64,000 nucleotides of DNA from a bacterium (lineage in GTDB: Bacteria > Chloroflexota > Dormibacteria > Aeolococcales > Bog-877). Numbering within the stretch: position 1 is the first letter of the stretch; every line of letters starts with the position of its first letter. The stretch is from positions 12,401-76,400 of the forward strand of contig JAJYWQ010000044.1 in NCBI GenBank assembly GCA_021791415.1. Direction: 5' to 3'. The translations under genes and the position numbers were made by a program. This document shows, piece by piece, positions 44,282-54,634 of this stretch. The notes under the pieces were generated by a model. It searched no databases and was not told where the DNA came from. It saw only the letters and a list, made by a program, of their open reading frames with translations.

Positions 44282-45598
44282 CTACTCCCCTTCCAGGTTG
44301 GCGAAGTAGGCGGAGACGGCGTGGTCGAGCAGTTCCGGGGTCAGCCTCGGCTCGACGCCGAAATAGGCGGCGGCGTGGATCAGGTGATCCAGGATGTCCC
44401 GGGGCTCGCACCCATGCAACGGCCGCCCGGACTTGCGGTAGTGCTCCTCCACCAGGTAGCTCACGGCCTCCGGATCGTAGGTGAGACCCATGCTCTCGCA
44501 GGCCCGTCGGAAGATCCGCCCGTATTCGATCACTGAGGGGTTGGGGACCTCCACCTTGTAGCGGATCCGGCGGAGGAAGGCCTCGTCCACCAGGTCCTTC
44601 GGCTTTAGGTTGGTGGATAGGATGAGGATCTCGGTGAACGGCACCTGGACGGTGGTCCCAGCCCTGGAGATGTTCAGGTAGTCGTATCCCGCCTCCAGGG
44701 GCACGATGAGCCGGTTGAGGAGGTCCTGCGGCGAGAGCTGCTGCCGGCCGAAGTCGTCGACCACAAAGAGCCCCCCGTTGGCCTTCAGCTGCAAGGAGGC
44801 CTCATAGAAGCCCATTCGGGGGTCGAAGCTCAGCTCCAGCTCCCGACCCGTGAGCTCGCCACCCGCCATCACCACCGGGCGGGTGCAGAAGGCCCACCTC
44901 GTGTCATGGGGCGGGAGCTCGGCGGGCACCGGCTTGTGGTGCACTGGGTCGAAGATGCGGATCACCTCACCCTTGACATAGATGGCGTGGGGCACGAACA
45001 GGGGATCGCCCAGGAGTGAGGCGCAGGCCTGGGCGATGGTGCTCTTGCCATTGCCGGGCGGGCCGTACAGGAAGATCGACTGGCGCGAGCTGAGGGCCGG
45101 ACCGAGGCGGTTGAGCACGCTCGGCGGAAGCACCAGCTTGTCCAGGGCGGCCCGCAGGAGCTGATGGGTCACCATCGGGCCGGTGCGCCCCTGATAGCGA
45201 GCCACCGCCACGTACACCTCGAGGGGAACCGGAGCGGGCCCGGCGTACTGGCTCACCTCGATCAGCTCACGGGCACGCTCCCGTCCGGTGCGGCTGATGG
45301 CGTACTGCAGCCCCTCGGCGAAGCCGGCATCGCTGTCCACGGTGCCCCGGATGCCGGTGGTGCCGCAGTAGCCCTCGTCGGAGAGGAACTTCAGGGCGTC
45401 CGAAACCATGTTCCAGGGCAGACACACGTGACGCGCCAGGTCCCGACCCAGCATCCCGCCGTTGAAATAGAGGACCTTCAGGGCCAGGTCGCAGATGAAA
45501 TTGAACGGCAGGCCGGCCTCCTTGGGGCTCTGGGGAACCGGGGGGAAGCCGATCTGGCTACGGGAACTGGACGGCGAGCTGACGGTGGCTGCAGACAT
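44282..45598 (-). CDS. AAA+ ATPase of unknown function with an N-terminal roughly 190 aa domain
   Basis: Walker A LYGPPGNGKSTIA. Walker B LFVVDDFG. Sensor-2-like DEAFLRRI. Start chosen at MSAATVSS. Confidence 0.6.
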   Translation of the reverse strand: MSAATVSSPSSSRSQIGFPPVPQSPKEAGLPFNFICDLALKVLYFNGGMLGRDLARHVCLPWNMVSDALKFLSDEGYCGTTGIRGTVDSDAGFAEGLQYAISRTGRERARELIEVSQYAGPAPVPLEVYVAVARYQGRTGPMVTHQLLRAALDKLVLPPSVLNRLGPALSSRQSIFLYGPPGNGKSTIAQACASLLGDPLFVPHAIYVKGEVIRIFDPVHHKPVPAELPPHDTRWAFCTRPVVMAGGELTGRELELSFDPRMGFYEASLQLKANGGLFVVDDFGRQQLSPQDLLNRLIVPLEAGYDYLNISRAGTTVQVPFTEILILSTNLKPKDLVDEAFLRRIRYKVEVPNPSVIEYGRIFRRACESMGLTYDPEAVSYLVEEHYRKSGRPLHGCEPRDILDHLIHAAAYFGVEPRLTPELLDHAVSAYFANLEGE

Positions 45599-45828
45599 TC
45601 TCTGTGCTTCGAACTCCTTTGGGAGGTGGCGCGTCACCCCGGCTGACTGGCGCCAGTCTCCCACCGAACCCGCCGGATTCATCCCCTGCCACCAGCAGTT
45701 TGCAGAGCCGTGAGGCGATCGCCACCGGTCTGTGACCGGCCCCACCAACTCCCTCAATCCGGGGACGGCTGCCCGGAGACTGGCATAATCGCCGAACGGA
45801 TGGCAGCCTTAAGGACCCGGCCCCACCC

Positions 45829-47961
45829 ATGCAGGAGATAGAGCTCCCGGCCGGCAAGCGGCGCCGTTCCAGTTCCGGACGCCGTCGTGGGGGCCGGGGG
45901 GGGCGGGAGGCCAGCTTCTGGCACCGGCACGGATTCCTGCGCCACAGCGCCCTGGCCCTGGTGGTCCTGGTGCTGGCCGGGTGCGCCGGCCTGGGGACCG
46001 GGTTCATAGTTCTCGCCGCCTTCCAGGTCGGACTCCCGTCAGTCACCGACCTCCCCAACCTGGGGCCTCCGCAGAACAGCTACCTGCTGGCCAGCGACGG
46101 GACACTCCTCACGGTGCTCCACGAGCCCGGGGAGCAGCACATCCACGTCGGCATCTCGCAGGTCAGCCCCTGGGTGATCAAGGCCACAGTCTCAGTCGAG
46201 GACCGCCACTTCTTCCAGGACGCCGGCTCGGTGGATCTTCCGCGCATCATCTCCGCCGGGCTGCACGACATCGTCCACCACAACTCGCTGCAGGGAGCCA
46301 GCACCATCACCGAGCAGCTGGCCAAGATCTCCTTCCTCACCCCGGCCCAAACCATCACCCGCAAGATCCGGGAGCTGCTCCTGGGCTTCGAGATCTCCAA
46401 GACATTCAAGCCCGACCAGATCCTGCAGATGTACCTCAACCGGATCGACTACGGCAACCAGGCCATCGGCATCGGCACCGCTGCCGAGCTCTACTTCCAC
46501 ATCCCGGCCAACAAGCTGGACCTGGCCCAGGCCAGCATGCTGGCGGGGATCCCCGATGCCCCCTCCGCCTTCGACCCCCTGGCCTACGTGGGAGTCAAGG
46601 GCCCCAACTACGCCAAGCTGCGCCAGCAGGTGGTCCTGGAGGCGATGGTGGCCAATCACTACATCACCCAGTCCCAGGCCGACGCCGCCTACAAGGAGCA
46701 GCTCACCTACTACCCCTGGCAGGACAGCAGCCCCCTGCTGGCCCCCAACTTCGTGACCTACGTCGAGAGCGAGCTGCAGCAGCGGTTCGGCGACGCCTAC
46801 CTCAACCCGGGCGGCTGGACCATCTACACCACCCTGAACATGGCTGACCAGCAGGCGGCGGAGCAGACCCTCCAGAACCCTGCCAACAACGCCAGGCTGC
46901 TCCGCGAGTACAACATCGGGGACTCTGCCCTGGTCTCCCTCGACCCCAGGGACGGGGAGATCCTCGCCATGGTGGGCACCAGCAACTATGGCGGCCCGGT
47001 GGGCCAGATCAACATGACAGTGGAGCCGCGCCGCCCGGGGTCGAGCTTCAAGATCTTCACCTACACCGCCGCCATCGCCTCCGGCAAGTTCACCATGACC
47101 ACCCCGGTCCTCGACGCGCCCATCAACATCAACGGCTACCAACCCCAGAACTACGAGCACTACTTCAGCGGCATCTGCCAGCTGCAGGTCTGCCTGGGCA
47201 ACTCCATCAACATCCCGGCCGTCAAGGTGGAGATGATCACGGGGCTGCCCAACGTGGTGGCCATGGCAGAGCGGATGGGAGCCTCCCTGCTGCTGAACCC
47301 CCAGAACACCTACGGTGACGCCCTCACCCTGGGGGGGCTGTCCATCGGGGTCACCGAGCTGCAGGTGGCGACCGGGGCCTCGGTGCTGGCCAGCGGCGGG
47401 GTGCTACATGAGCCCACCTCGATCCTCAAGGTGGTCCAAGGGGGGAAGACCATCTATCAGTACAACGTGGCCAACAACTCGGTCCAGGTGGTGCCACCGG
47501 ACGTGGCCTTCATCATGAACGCCATGCTCTCCAACAACAACAACCGGCTTCGGGATTTCGGTCCCTACGCCCACCTGACCCTCCCCGGCCGCCCGGTCTC
47601 GGCCAAGACCGGCACCTCCGACGCCCAGTACGCCAACGGCGCCTACTCCAACAACATCGAGGACAACTGGACATTCGGCTGGACCCCGCAGCTGGTGACC
47701 GGCGTCTGGGTGGGCAACCCGGACGGGCAGACGCTGAGCAACGTCACCTCGGGGATCTCCGGGGCTGCCCCCCTCTGGCAGAGCTACATGGAGCGGGTCC
47801 TCTCCGGGCAGCCGGTGCTCTGGTACACCAAGCCGGCCGATGTCGTCCAGGTCGGTTCCGGCCCCTACCCCTACTACTATCTGCCCAACACGGTGAGCTA
47901 CGCCAACCAGGTCGTGAACTGCCCCCCGGCCTACCGCTCGGGCTGGAACGGCACCTGCTGA
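45829..47961 (+). CDS. Class A penicillin-binding protein (transglycosylase plus transpeptidase)
   Basis: GT51 motifs (SVEDRHFF, GASTITEQLAK). Transpeptidase SSFK, SxN, KTGT. Confidence 0.85.
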   Translation: MQEIELPAGKRRRSSSGRRRGGRGGREASFWHRHGFLRHSALALVVLVLAGCAGLGTGFIVLAAFQVGLPSVTDLPNLGPPQNSYLLASDGTLLTVLHEPGEQHIHVGISQVSPWVIKATVSVEDRHFFQDAGSVDLPRIISAGLHDIVHHNSLQGASTITEQLAKISFLTPAQTITRKIRELLLGFEISKTFKPDQILQMYLNRIDYGNQAIGIGTAAELYFHIPANKLDLAQASMLAGIPDAPSAFDPLAYVGVKGPNYAKLRQQVVLEAMVANHYITQSQADAAYKEQLTYYPWQDSSPLLAPNFVTYVESELQQRFGDAYLNPGGWTIYTTLNMADQQAAEQTLQNPANNARLLREYNIGDSALVSLDPRDGEILAMVGTSNYGGPVGQINMTVEPRRPGSSFKIFTYTAAIASGKFTMTTPVLDAPININGYQPQNYEHYFSGICQLQVCLGNSINIPAVKVEMITGLPNVVAMAERMGASLLLNPQNTYGDALTLGGLSIGVTELQVATGASVLASGGVLHEPTSILKVVQGGKTIYQYNVANNSVQVVPPDVAFIMNAMLSNNNNRLRDFGPYAHLTLPGRPVSAKTGTSDAQYANGAYSNNIEDNWTFGWTPQLVTGVWVGNPDGQTLSNVTSGISGAAPLWQSYMERVLSGQPVLWYTKPADVVQVGSGPYPYYYLPNTVSYANQVVNCPPAYRSGWNGTC

Positions 47962-48935
47962 CGCTCCTCGGGGCGCCCGGCCAGGACGGCGGAGGCCAGC
48001 CTCTCCGGCGAGTCGGACTCCAGGGCGTCGGGAAAGTGGCAGCAGACCTCGCTGACACCTAGGTCCAGGTAGGCCTGGAGCTGTTGGGCACAGCCTTCAG
48101 GTGTTCCCACCAGCCGCCTGGCCCGGAACTTGGCGCGTTCCTCTCCGTGGCGGTTGAACCGCTCCACCAGCCGGTCCGCCTGGACCTCCGTCTCCCCCAC
48201 CAGGCAGTCCAGCACCACCGCGACACGCACGCTGTGAAGCGGCCGTCCGACCTGGCGGCAGTGCTCCGCGAGGACATCCAGCTTGCGGGAGACTCTCTCG
48301 GGAGGGCCGAAGAGGCTGCAGCCGTCGGCGTGCCGGGCCACCTGCCACAGGGTGAGCCGCTCACCCCCGCCGGCGATCCAGATCGGAGGAAAAGGTTGCT
48401 GCAACGGTCGGGGGATCACGGCGGCACCGTCGATCACCGTGTAACGGCCTTCGAAGTGGGTGGGCTCCCCGGTCCAGCACGCCCGCAGAAGCTCGGCGGC
48501 TTCGCCGGCGGCCAGGATCCGCTCCCTCAGAGCTGGGGTCGGCAGCCCGAACGCCCTCAGCTCCCGGGCGTCGGAGCCGGCACCGAGCCCCACCTCCAGC
48601 CGGCCCCCACTCAACACGTCGAGGTTCGCCAGCTGGTGTGCGAGCGGCCCGAGGTGGTGCCGGGGTAGCGCCAGGCACATCGTCCCCACCCGCACCTGGG
48701 TCGTGGCCCAGGCGACCACCGCCAGGGCGATCAGGGGATCCAGGATCGGGCCCGGCGGCCCGGGGTCCGCCGACCGCAGGTGGTCGTACACCCAGACCGC
48801 GCCGAAGCCAGCTCTCTCCGCCCTCAGGGCCACTCCCACCATGGTCTCGAAGTAGCGCTCCGGCACCTCGGGCGGTAGATCGTGCCGCCAGCCCTGGGGT
48901 AAAAAGCATCCCAGGCGAAGCTGCGAGCCGGTCAC
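47931..48935 (-). CDS. Luciferase-like monooxygenase family oxidoreductase (probably F420-dependent)
   Basis: LGCFLPQG...GFGAVWVYDHL TIM-barrel LLM signature. Convergent 30 nt overlap with the PBP. Confidence 0.7.
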   Translation of the reverse strand: MTGSQLRLGCFLPQGWRHDLPPEVPERYFETMVGVALRAERAGFGAVWVYDHLRSADPGPPGPILDPLIALAVVAWATTQVRVGTMCLALPRHHLGPLAHQLANLDVLSGGRLEVGLGAGSDARELRAFGLPTPALRERILAAGEAAELLRACWTGEPTHFEGRYTVIDGAAVIPRPLQQPFPPIWIAGGGERLTLWQVARHADGCSLFGPPERVSRKLDVLAEHCRQVGRPLHSVRVAVVLDCLVGETEVQADRLVERFNRHGEERAKFRARRLVGTPEGCAQQLQAYLDLGVSEVCCHFPDALESDSPERLASAVLAGRPEERQQVPFQPER

Positions 48936-49303
48936 CTGGGAGCCGCAGCCACCCGCTCAAGGGGCCGCGGCCGCACCCGTCGGGCCGGCCCCCAGAGGCC
49001 CTCGAGATCGTAATAGGCGCGCTCCCCGGGGAGGAATATGTGAGCGATCACCGAGTCGAAGTCGAGGCAGACCCAGGAGCCCTCCTCCATCCCCGCCCGG
49101 CTCAGCGGATGCTGCCCCGCAAGCGCCGCAGCCTCGTCCATGGCGTCGGCGACGGCACGGACCTGGCGGTCGGTGTCGCCCTCGCAGATCACCAGGTAGT
49201 CGGCCATCGTCGTCTTGCCCCTGAGGTCGACCCGCACCACGTTGCGGGCCTTGCGCGAGAGCGCGGCGTCGGCGATCAGCCGGCTCAATTGCAGAGGCGT
49301 CAT
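48932..49303 (-). CDS. rsfS: Ribosomal silencing factor RsfS (Iojap)
   Basis: DLRGKTTMADYLVICEG...SWVCLDFDSVIAHIF. Confidence 0.8.
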   Translation of the reverse strand: MTPLQLSRLIADAALSRKARNVVRVDLRGKTTMADYLVICEGDTDRQVRAVADAMDEAAALAGQHPLSRAGMEEGSWVCLDFDSVIAHIFLPGERAYYDLEGLWGPARRVRPRPLERVAAAPR

Positions 49304-49959
49304 CTGGGGGCGATTATCCCATCGGCAACGGGCGCGGCCGGCGCCGACTCCCGGTAGAGCCCGCGCTCCCGGATGTACCGGAGGACCGGGGCCGCCAGGA
49401 GCCCCTCGGCAACCTCGCCGCGACGCAGTCTGGCCCGGACTCTGCTGGCCTCCACCTCCGGCGCCGTCAGGGAGACCAGCTCAGGCTCCCGGCCCAACCA
49501 GCCGTGGCCCTTCAGCTCCTCGACCGCCGCCCCCGCTCCGATCCTGGCTCCGGGTCGGTCGAACACCACCAGACGGGCCAGTTCCGCGACCAAGTCGGGG
49601 CGGTGCCAGCGCCAGAGGCTCCGCGCGGCGTCGGACCCCACGGCCAGCAGGAGCGTCCGCTCAGGGTCACCATCGAGCAAGCGCGCCAGGGTGTCGGAAG
49701 TGTAGGAGGGGCCGGGGCGCCCCACCTCCAGGTCGGACACGGACACCAGGGGGTCCCCGACCTCCTGCACCATGAGCTGGGCCATGCGCAGCCGGTCCTC
49801 CGGGCTGGCGCTCGGGGTCCGGCGGTGGACGGGGTGCCCATTGGGAATCACCATCAGAGGCAGCCGGAGGGTGCTGCGCAATCCCACGATCACCTGCTGA
49901 TGGCCCAGGTGGGGAGGGTCGAAGGTTCCCCCGAAGACCACCAGCGGCTGAGCCGTCAC
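49300..49959 (-). CDS. nadD: Nicotinate-nucleotide adenylyltransferase
   Basis: VVFGGTFDPPHLGHQ. Confidence 0.8.
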   Translation of the reverse strand: MTAQPLVVFGGTFDPPHLGHQQVIVGLRSTLRLPLMVIPNGHPVHRRTPSASPEDRLRMAQLMVQEVGDPLVSVSDLEVGRPGPSYTSDTLARLLDGDPERTLLLAVGSDAARSLWRWHRPDLVAELARLVVFDRPGARIGAGAAVEELKGHGWLGREPELVSLTAPEVEASRVRARLRRGEVAEGLLAAPVLRYIRERGLYRESAPAAPVADGIIAPR

Positions 49960-51242
49960 CTGGCCGGGGACTCTGGGATGAAGGTGAACTCCACGTCCCC
50001 GATCTCCACGACGTCTCCCTCAGACGCTCCTGAGGCCGAGAGCTGGGACTCCACCCCGAGCCGCCGGAGCTGCCTCTGCAGCCGGGTGACCTCTTCTGGG
50101 TCGTCCAGGTCCGCCGCCGCCACGAGCCGCAGTACCCGTTCGCCGACTACCCGATAACGGCCCGCGCCCCCCTCCACCACGACCTCCTGCCGCGTCGGAC
50201 GGGGACCGGGATAGAGGCGGAACCCGCCAGGGTCAAGTGGCTCCCGGCCCCTCGCCAGCCCGAGGGACTCCTGCAGGAGCCCATCCAGCCCCTCTCCAGT
50301 CAGGGCCGAGACCTGGAGGACCGCAGACGCCGCTCCGGCTGCCTCCCGCAGCGCCTTTACGACCCTGGCACGGTCCCGCCCCACCATGAGGTCCACCTTA
50401 TTGGCGGCTACCACCCGCGGGCGGGCGGCCAGCTCTTCGTCCCATGCCCTCAACTCCCGGTGGACCTCGGAGTACGCCTGCACGGCGGCCTCCGGGCCGG
50501 AGCTGGCATCGACCACCTGCACCAGGGACCTCGTCCTCTGCAAATGACGCAGGAAGCCGATGCCCAAGCCGGCCCCGAGGTGGGCACCCTCGATCAGGCC
50601 GGGGACATCAGCCACCGTGATGGTGCGACCGCCCTCCAATTCCGCGACCCCGAGATTGGGGGTCAACGTGGTGAAGGGATAGTCGGCCACCTTCGGGCGG
50701 GCTCCGGTGAGGCGGGCCAGGAGGCTGGACTTGCCGGCATTGGGCAGGCCAACCAGGCCCAGGTCCGCAATCAGCCGGAGCTCGAGCCTGACCACCGCCA
50801 CCGCCCCGGGGTCCCCGAGCTCCCGGTGGCGGGGCGTCTGGGCCACCGGGGTGGCGAAGTGGGTGTTGCCCCAGCCCCCCCTGCCGCCGGCGGCCACCAC
50901 CAGGGTCGCTCCCGGGCTGTCCAGGTCGGCAAGGAGTCGGCCCGTGCCTGAGTCGAACACCATGGTGCCCACGGGGACCGCGAGTCGGACCGCCTCGCCA
51001 TCGGCCCCGTGGCGCCGGGAGGGTCCCCCAGGCCCACCGGCCGCGGCCTTGAATCGGCGCTCCGTTTGGAATCGCTGCAGGGAGGCCTCGCTGGAATCGG
51101 CCACCAGCACCACGTCTCCGCCGCGCCCTCCATCCCCGCCGTCCGGCCCCCCCCGGGGCACGAACTTCTCTCGACGGAGGCTGTTGGACCCCGCTCCGCC
51201 CCTGCCGCCGCTCAGGTGGAGCTCGACTTCGTCAAGGAACAT
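49956..51242 (-). CDS. obg: GTPase Obg/CgtA
   Basis: MFLDEVELHLSGGRGGAG...RREKFVPRGGPDGGDGGRGGDV Obg fold. G1-G4 boxes. Confidence 0.85.
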   Translation of the reverse strand: MFLDEVELHLSGGRGGAGSNSLRREKFVPRGGPDGGDGGRGGDVVLVADSSEASLQRFQTERRFKAAAGGPGGPSRRHGADGEAVRLAVPVGTMVFDSGTGRLLADLDSPGATLVVAAGGRGGWGNTHFATPVAQTPRHRELGDPGAVAVVRLELRLIADLGLVGLPNAGKSSLLARLTGARPKVADYPFTTLTPNLGVAELEGGRTITVADVPGLIEGAHLGAGLGIGFLRHLQRTRSLVQVVDASSGPEAAVQAYSEVHRELRAWDEELAARPRVVAANKVDLMVGRDRARVVKALREAAGAASAVLQVSALTGEGLDGLLQESLGLARGREPLDPGGFRLYPGPRPTRQEVVVEGGAGRYRVVGERVLRLVAAADLDDPEEVTRLQRQLRRLGVESQLSASGASEGDVVEIGDVEFTFIPESPAR

Positions 51243-51272
51243 CAGGACCGGCTGGCGGCGGCCGGCGCTAAC

Positions 51273-51542
51273 TTAGCCGGCGTCGGCAGTAACGGGATGT
51301 ATGGCGACCCGGGTGCGGTCGGTGCGGTACGGCTGGTAGACCACCTGGCCGGGAGTGAGCGCGAATAGGGTGTGGTCTCGACCAACCCCGACCCCGGTAC
51401 CAGCCAGGATCCGAGTGCCGCGCTGGCGCACCAGAACGGCCCCGGCCAGGACCTGCTCGCCGCCGTAGACCTTCACGCCCAGCCTCTGAGACTGGCTGTC
51501 CCGCCCGTTCCGGCTGCTCCCACCACCCTTCTTATGAGCCAT
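51273..51542 (-). CDS. rpmA: 50S ribosomal protein L27
   Basis: [24 protein letters not shown]. Confidence 0.85.
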   Translation of the reverse strand: MAHKKGGGSSRNGRDSQSQRLGVKVYGGEQVLAGAVLVRQRGTRILAGTGVGVGRDHTLFALTPGQVVYQPYRTDRTRVAIHPVTADAG

Positions 51543-52125
51543 CGCCACCTCCCCCGTCCCCTTCCGCGACGGTCTCAGCCTTGGCCTCGCCGGCGGGGGC
51601 TCGACGGCGCCGAGGCGCCTTCCCTGCCTTGGCAGTCGCGCCCGCAGCCCCCACGACCTCCGGATTCTCCTCGGGCGCCTCGACCTCGGCGACCTCAGCC
51701 GGCACCGCCTGCGCAGGAGCCTCCTCCGCGGCTGCCGGGGCCGCCGCCCGAGATGACCTGCGGGTGGCCGGCGCTCGGCGCTGCCCAGCGGGCGCCTGGC
51801 CCGGCCCCAGGACCTCCTCGATCCGCAGCTCAGTCAGCTCGGCCCGGAACCCCATGGTGCGCCGGTAGCGCTTCTTGGGCTTGTATTTGAACACCACCAC
51901 CTTGGGGCCGCGAAGGTGGCTGACCGCGGTGGCGGTGACCCTCGCGCCCTCCACCCTGGGCCGTCCGACGGCGGTCTCCAGGCTGTCCCCGGGCTCGGCC
52001 ACCAGCATGCGCACGTCGCCCAGCTCCACGGCCTGACCCTCGGCCACGGCCATGCGGTCCACCACCATCCTCTCACCGGGCCGCGCCCGATACTGGCGTC
52101 CCCCCACCTGGACTACGGCGTACAT
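51532..52125 (-). CDS. rplU: 50S ribosomal protein L21 with a roughly 100 aa acidic Ala/Glu/Pro-rich C-terminal extension
   Basis: [18 protein letters not shown]...[27 protein letters not shown]. Start at the internal Met of the track ORF. Confidence 0.85.
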   Translation of the reverse strand: MYAVVQVGGRQYRARPGERMVVDRMAVAEGQAVELGDVRMLVAEPGDSLETAVGRPRVEGARVTATAVSHLRGPKVVVFKYKPKKRYRRTMGFRAELTELRIEEVLGPGQAPAGQRRAPATRRSSRAAAPAAAEEAPAQAVPAEVAEVEAPEENPEVVGAAGATAKAGKAPRRRRAPAGEAKAETVAEGDGGGGDGS

Positions 52126-52231
52126 GCGAACTCCCGAATCGAGGCTGGAGCCGGGGCTCCACAGCCCAGGCGGAAGCAGCCGCCCCAAGGCGCGCTCAGT
52201 TGGGGAGTTTACCAGACCGCCCGCGAGCGGA

Positions 52232-53161
52232 TCAGGGACCGGTGACCGCCACCGGTGCCAGCGCCGAGTAGTTGGTCTGGATCTCGTTCTGGTTGCTCGA
52301 TCCGGTCCCGGTGACCACCGTGGCCGAGGCCTGGTACACCCCGGCGCCAACATCGGGCAGGACTCGGACCTTGAAGGTGATGCTGAGGACCCCCGGTCCG
52401 GCGGTGCTCGAGCCGGGGATGTCGAAACCGACCCAGTTGGGAATCACCGAGCCGACCACCGGGGTGGCGGCGCCCCCCGTGCTGGCGTTGCCGGAGGTGG
52501 AGATGGTGGACTGGTAGTCGAAGTCCGACGGCAGGGTGATGCTGAGAGTAGTGCCCATGCCGGCCCCACTTCCGGTGTTGGTCAAGGTGGCCACGTAGGT
52601 CAGGGTGGACCCCGCGGTCACGGTGGACGGGCTGGCGCGGAGGCTGAGGGCGATGTCGGGGGCCGGAGTCACCTGGAGGGCCAGGGGCGCGGCGGTGAGG
52701 GTCCCCGAGTACCCGGTGGCAAACACCTGGGGAACAAGGGTCGCCGACCCACTTCCACCGGTGGCCTCGAACTGCGCGGTCACGATCACCTGGCTGGGAA
52801 GCCCCGGCGCTCCCACCCCAATGGTCCAGGAGCCCCAGGTGAGGGTCGCCTGCCGGGACACCGGAGAGATGTCGGCCGAGCGCACCGAATCCCCGTTCTC
52901 CGTGACCGAGACCGTGTTGGTGTAGGTGAACCCGTTGGGAACCGCCACCCGCAGGGTTACCCCCTGGAGTGAGCTGCTCCCCACGTTGGTGATGGTGACC
53001 TGCACGTCGGTGGAGGATCCCTGCGCCACCTGGTTGGAGGCGGCGTTGCCCCCCAGGGCGACCACCTGGGTTTGAACCTTCAGCCCGGCGATGGCCGGTG
53101 CGGAGCCGCAGCCCCCCAGAGCGCCACCCGCCAGCACGAGCGCCGGAGCGGCGACCGCCAA
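52232..53161 (-). CDS. Lipoprotein with DUF11-like repeated beta-domains (cell-surface)
   Basis: LAGGALGGCGS lipobox. Repeated VTITNVGSSS / TLTYVATLTNTGSGAG units. TTG start uncertain. Confidence 0.5.
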   Translation of the reverse strand: MAVAAPALVLAGGALGGCGSAPAIAGLKVQTQVVALGGNAASNQVAQGSSTDVQVTITNVGSSSLQGVTLRVAVPNGFTYTNTVSVTENGDSVRSADISPVSRQATLTWGSWTIGVGAPGLPSQVIVTAQFEATGGSGSATLVPQVFATGYSGTLTAAPLALQVTPAPDIALSLRASPSTVTAGSTLTYVATLTNTGSGAGMGTTLSITLPSDFDYQSTISTSGNASTGGAATPVVGSVIPNWVGFDIPGSSTAGPGVLSITFKVRVLPDVGAGVYQASATVVTGTGSSNQNEIQTNYSALAPVAVTGP

Positions 53162-53178
53162 CCCCCCCAGCCGTGCCT

Positions 53179-53862
53179 TCAGCGCCCGCCCCCGGCGTGG
53201 TTGCTGCTGGCCAAGGGGCGCCTGGTGTTGGCGTACTTCCCCACCGGCACCGAGCGGTCCGGGGCCGTGGGCAGCGGATCGGGGTAGCCGACCTCACCCA
53301 GAAGCCGCATGGCCAGCTGGCAGTCGAGGCCGATCACGGTGTCCGTCCGGCCGCCAATCGCCTCCACCAGGCCACCTCCCAACCCCTGCACCGCATATCC
53401 TCCGGCCTTGTCCAGGGGTTCGCCGCCCGCCAGGTACTGCTCCAGCTCATCCAGGCTGAAGTCCCGCATCCGCACCGCCGATCGCGACACCCCGATACGC
53501 TCCTCGCCGGTGGCCGGGGCGAGGGCGCACACACCGGAGAGGACCACGTGGCGCTGCCCGCGCAGCTCCAAGAGCATCTCGCGCGCTCGCTGGACGGTCC
53601 CCGGCTTCCCCAGCGGGCCAGAGGACCCGACGACGATGGTGTCGGCGGCCAGGATGCAGACCGGGCCGGGGCCGACCGAGGCCGCCACGGCGTGGGCTTT
53701 GGCTCGGGCGATCAGCTGGACCGCGAGGTCGGCGCAGACCCCCGGCGGCAGGGACTCGTCAATGTCCGGAGCCACGGTGCGGATGCGGAGACCCAACCGC
53801 TGCAGGAGCTCTCTCCGACGCGGGGAGCTGGAAGCGAGGACCAGTTCGGTCAAAGACGCTTC
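53179..53862 (-). CDS. maf: Maf-like nucleoside triphosphate pyrophosphatase
   Basis: LVLASSSPRRRELL...ILAADTIV...GKP...LSG..H.V.SGV...EPLDKAGGYAVQG. TTG start has GAGGAAG upstream. Confidence 0.7.
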   Translation of the reverse strand, partial: EASLTELVLASSSPRRRELLQRLGLRIRTVAPDIDESLPPGVCADLAVQLIARAKAHAVAASVGPGPVCILAADTIVVGSSGPLGKPGTVQRAREMLLELRGQRHVVLSGVCALAPATGEERIGVSRSAVRMRDFSLDELEQYLAGGEPLDKAGGYAVQGLGGGLVEAIGGRTDTVIGLDCQLAMRLLGEVGYPDPLPTAPDRSVPVGKYANTRRPLASSNHAGGGR

Positions 53863-53920
53863 CTCGGGTCCCGGCCCCTCGAGCCGGCCTCCCCCATGGC
53901 ACAGGTCGACGAGGTCGGGT

Positions 53921-54634
53921 TCACGGGATCCATATTCTACCAGCGCGCGAGACGAGCGCCCGTCCCCAGCCGGTGTCGGCGGCCCGTCCGGCGACGCCGG
54001 CGGCGCCGCCCAGCACCAGCGCGCCCGACCCCCACACCGCCAGCCCCACCACCACCGGCCACCCCGCCATGGCCGGAATGAGGAGGAAGGCGCAGGCGCC
54101 GCCGAGTGACGTCCAGCGGAGTGCCCCGGAGGGAGAGCCCGGGCTCCCCGCCCAGAGGGGAAGGGAGCCCAGGATGGCGACACCCACCGCGACCCGGCCG
54201 ACCTCGGCTCCGGCGCCCCGTGCGGAGAGCACCTCCGCCCATCCGGGGCTGCGCAGGATCAGGGCGAGGCCCAGGAGCACCAGAGAGACAAGGACGGGGT
54301 ACAGGACGTCACGGCCCGAGCGGACGGCCGCACCTTCACCTGTACGCCCCCAGAGCACTCCCAAGACCGTCATCGGCAGCGACGCCAGCGGGGCCGCCGC
54401 CAGCCCCAGGCTCCCAAGCTGCAGCAGGGGACTGCCCGGCCAGGGCAGGGCCAGCGCCACAAGCTCCGCGCCGGTGAGCACCGCCATCGAGGGGACGGGT
54501 GCGGATGCCAGTCGACGTCCCCGCCCGAGGTGGAAGGCCAGGAGGGAGGCGGCCGACGCCCCCAGCAGGCTGACTCCCGCGGGATAGATGACGAGCCCGG
54601 CCAGAAGAGCGAGCAAGAAAAGGAGGTGACTCAC
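53921..54634 (-). CDS. Hypothetical polytopic membrane protein (Ala/Leu/Gly-rich)
   Basis: Uniformly hydrophobic TM-like segments. The antisense frames are non-protein-like. 4 nt overlap with the upstream gene. Confidence 0.4.
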   Translation of the reverse strand: MSHLLFLLALLAGLVIYPAGVSLLGASAASLLAFHLGRGRRLASAPVPSMAVLTGAELVALALPWPGSPLLQLGSLGLAAAPLASLPMTVLGVLWGRTGEGAAVRSGRDVLYPVLVSLVLLGLALILRSPGWAEVLSARGAGAEVGRVAVGVAILGSLPLWAGSPGSPSGALRWTSLGGACAFLLIPAMAGWPVVVGLAVWGSGALVLGGAAGVAGRAADTGWGRALVSRAGRIWIP

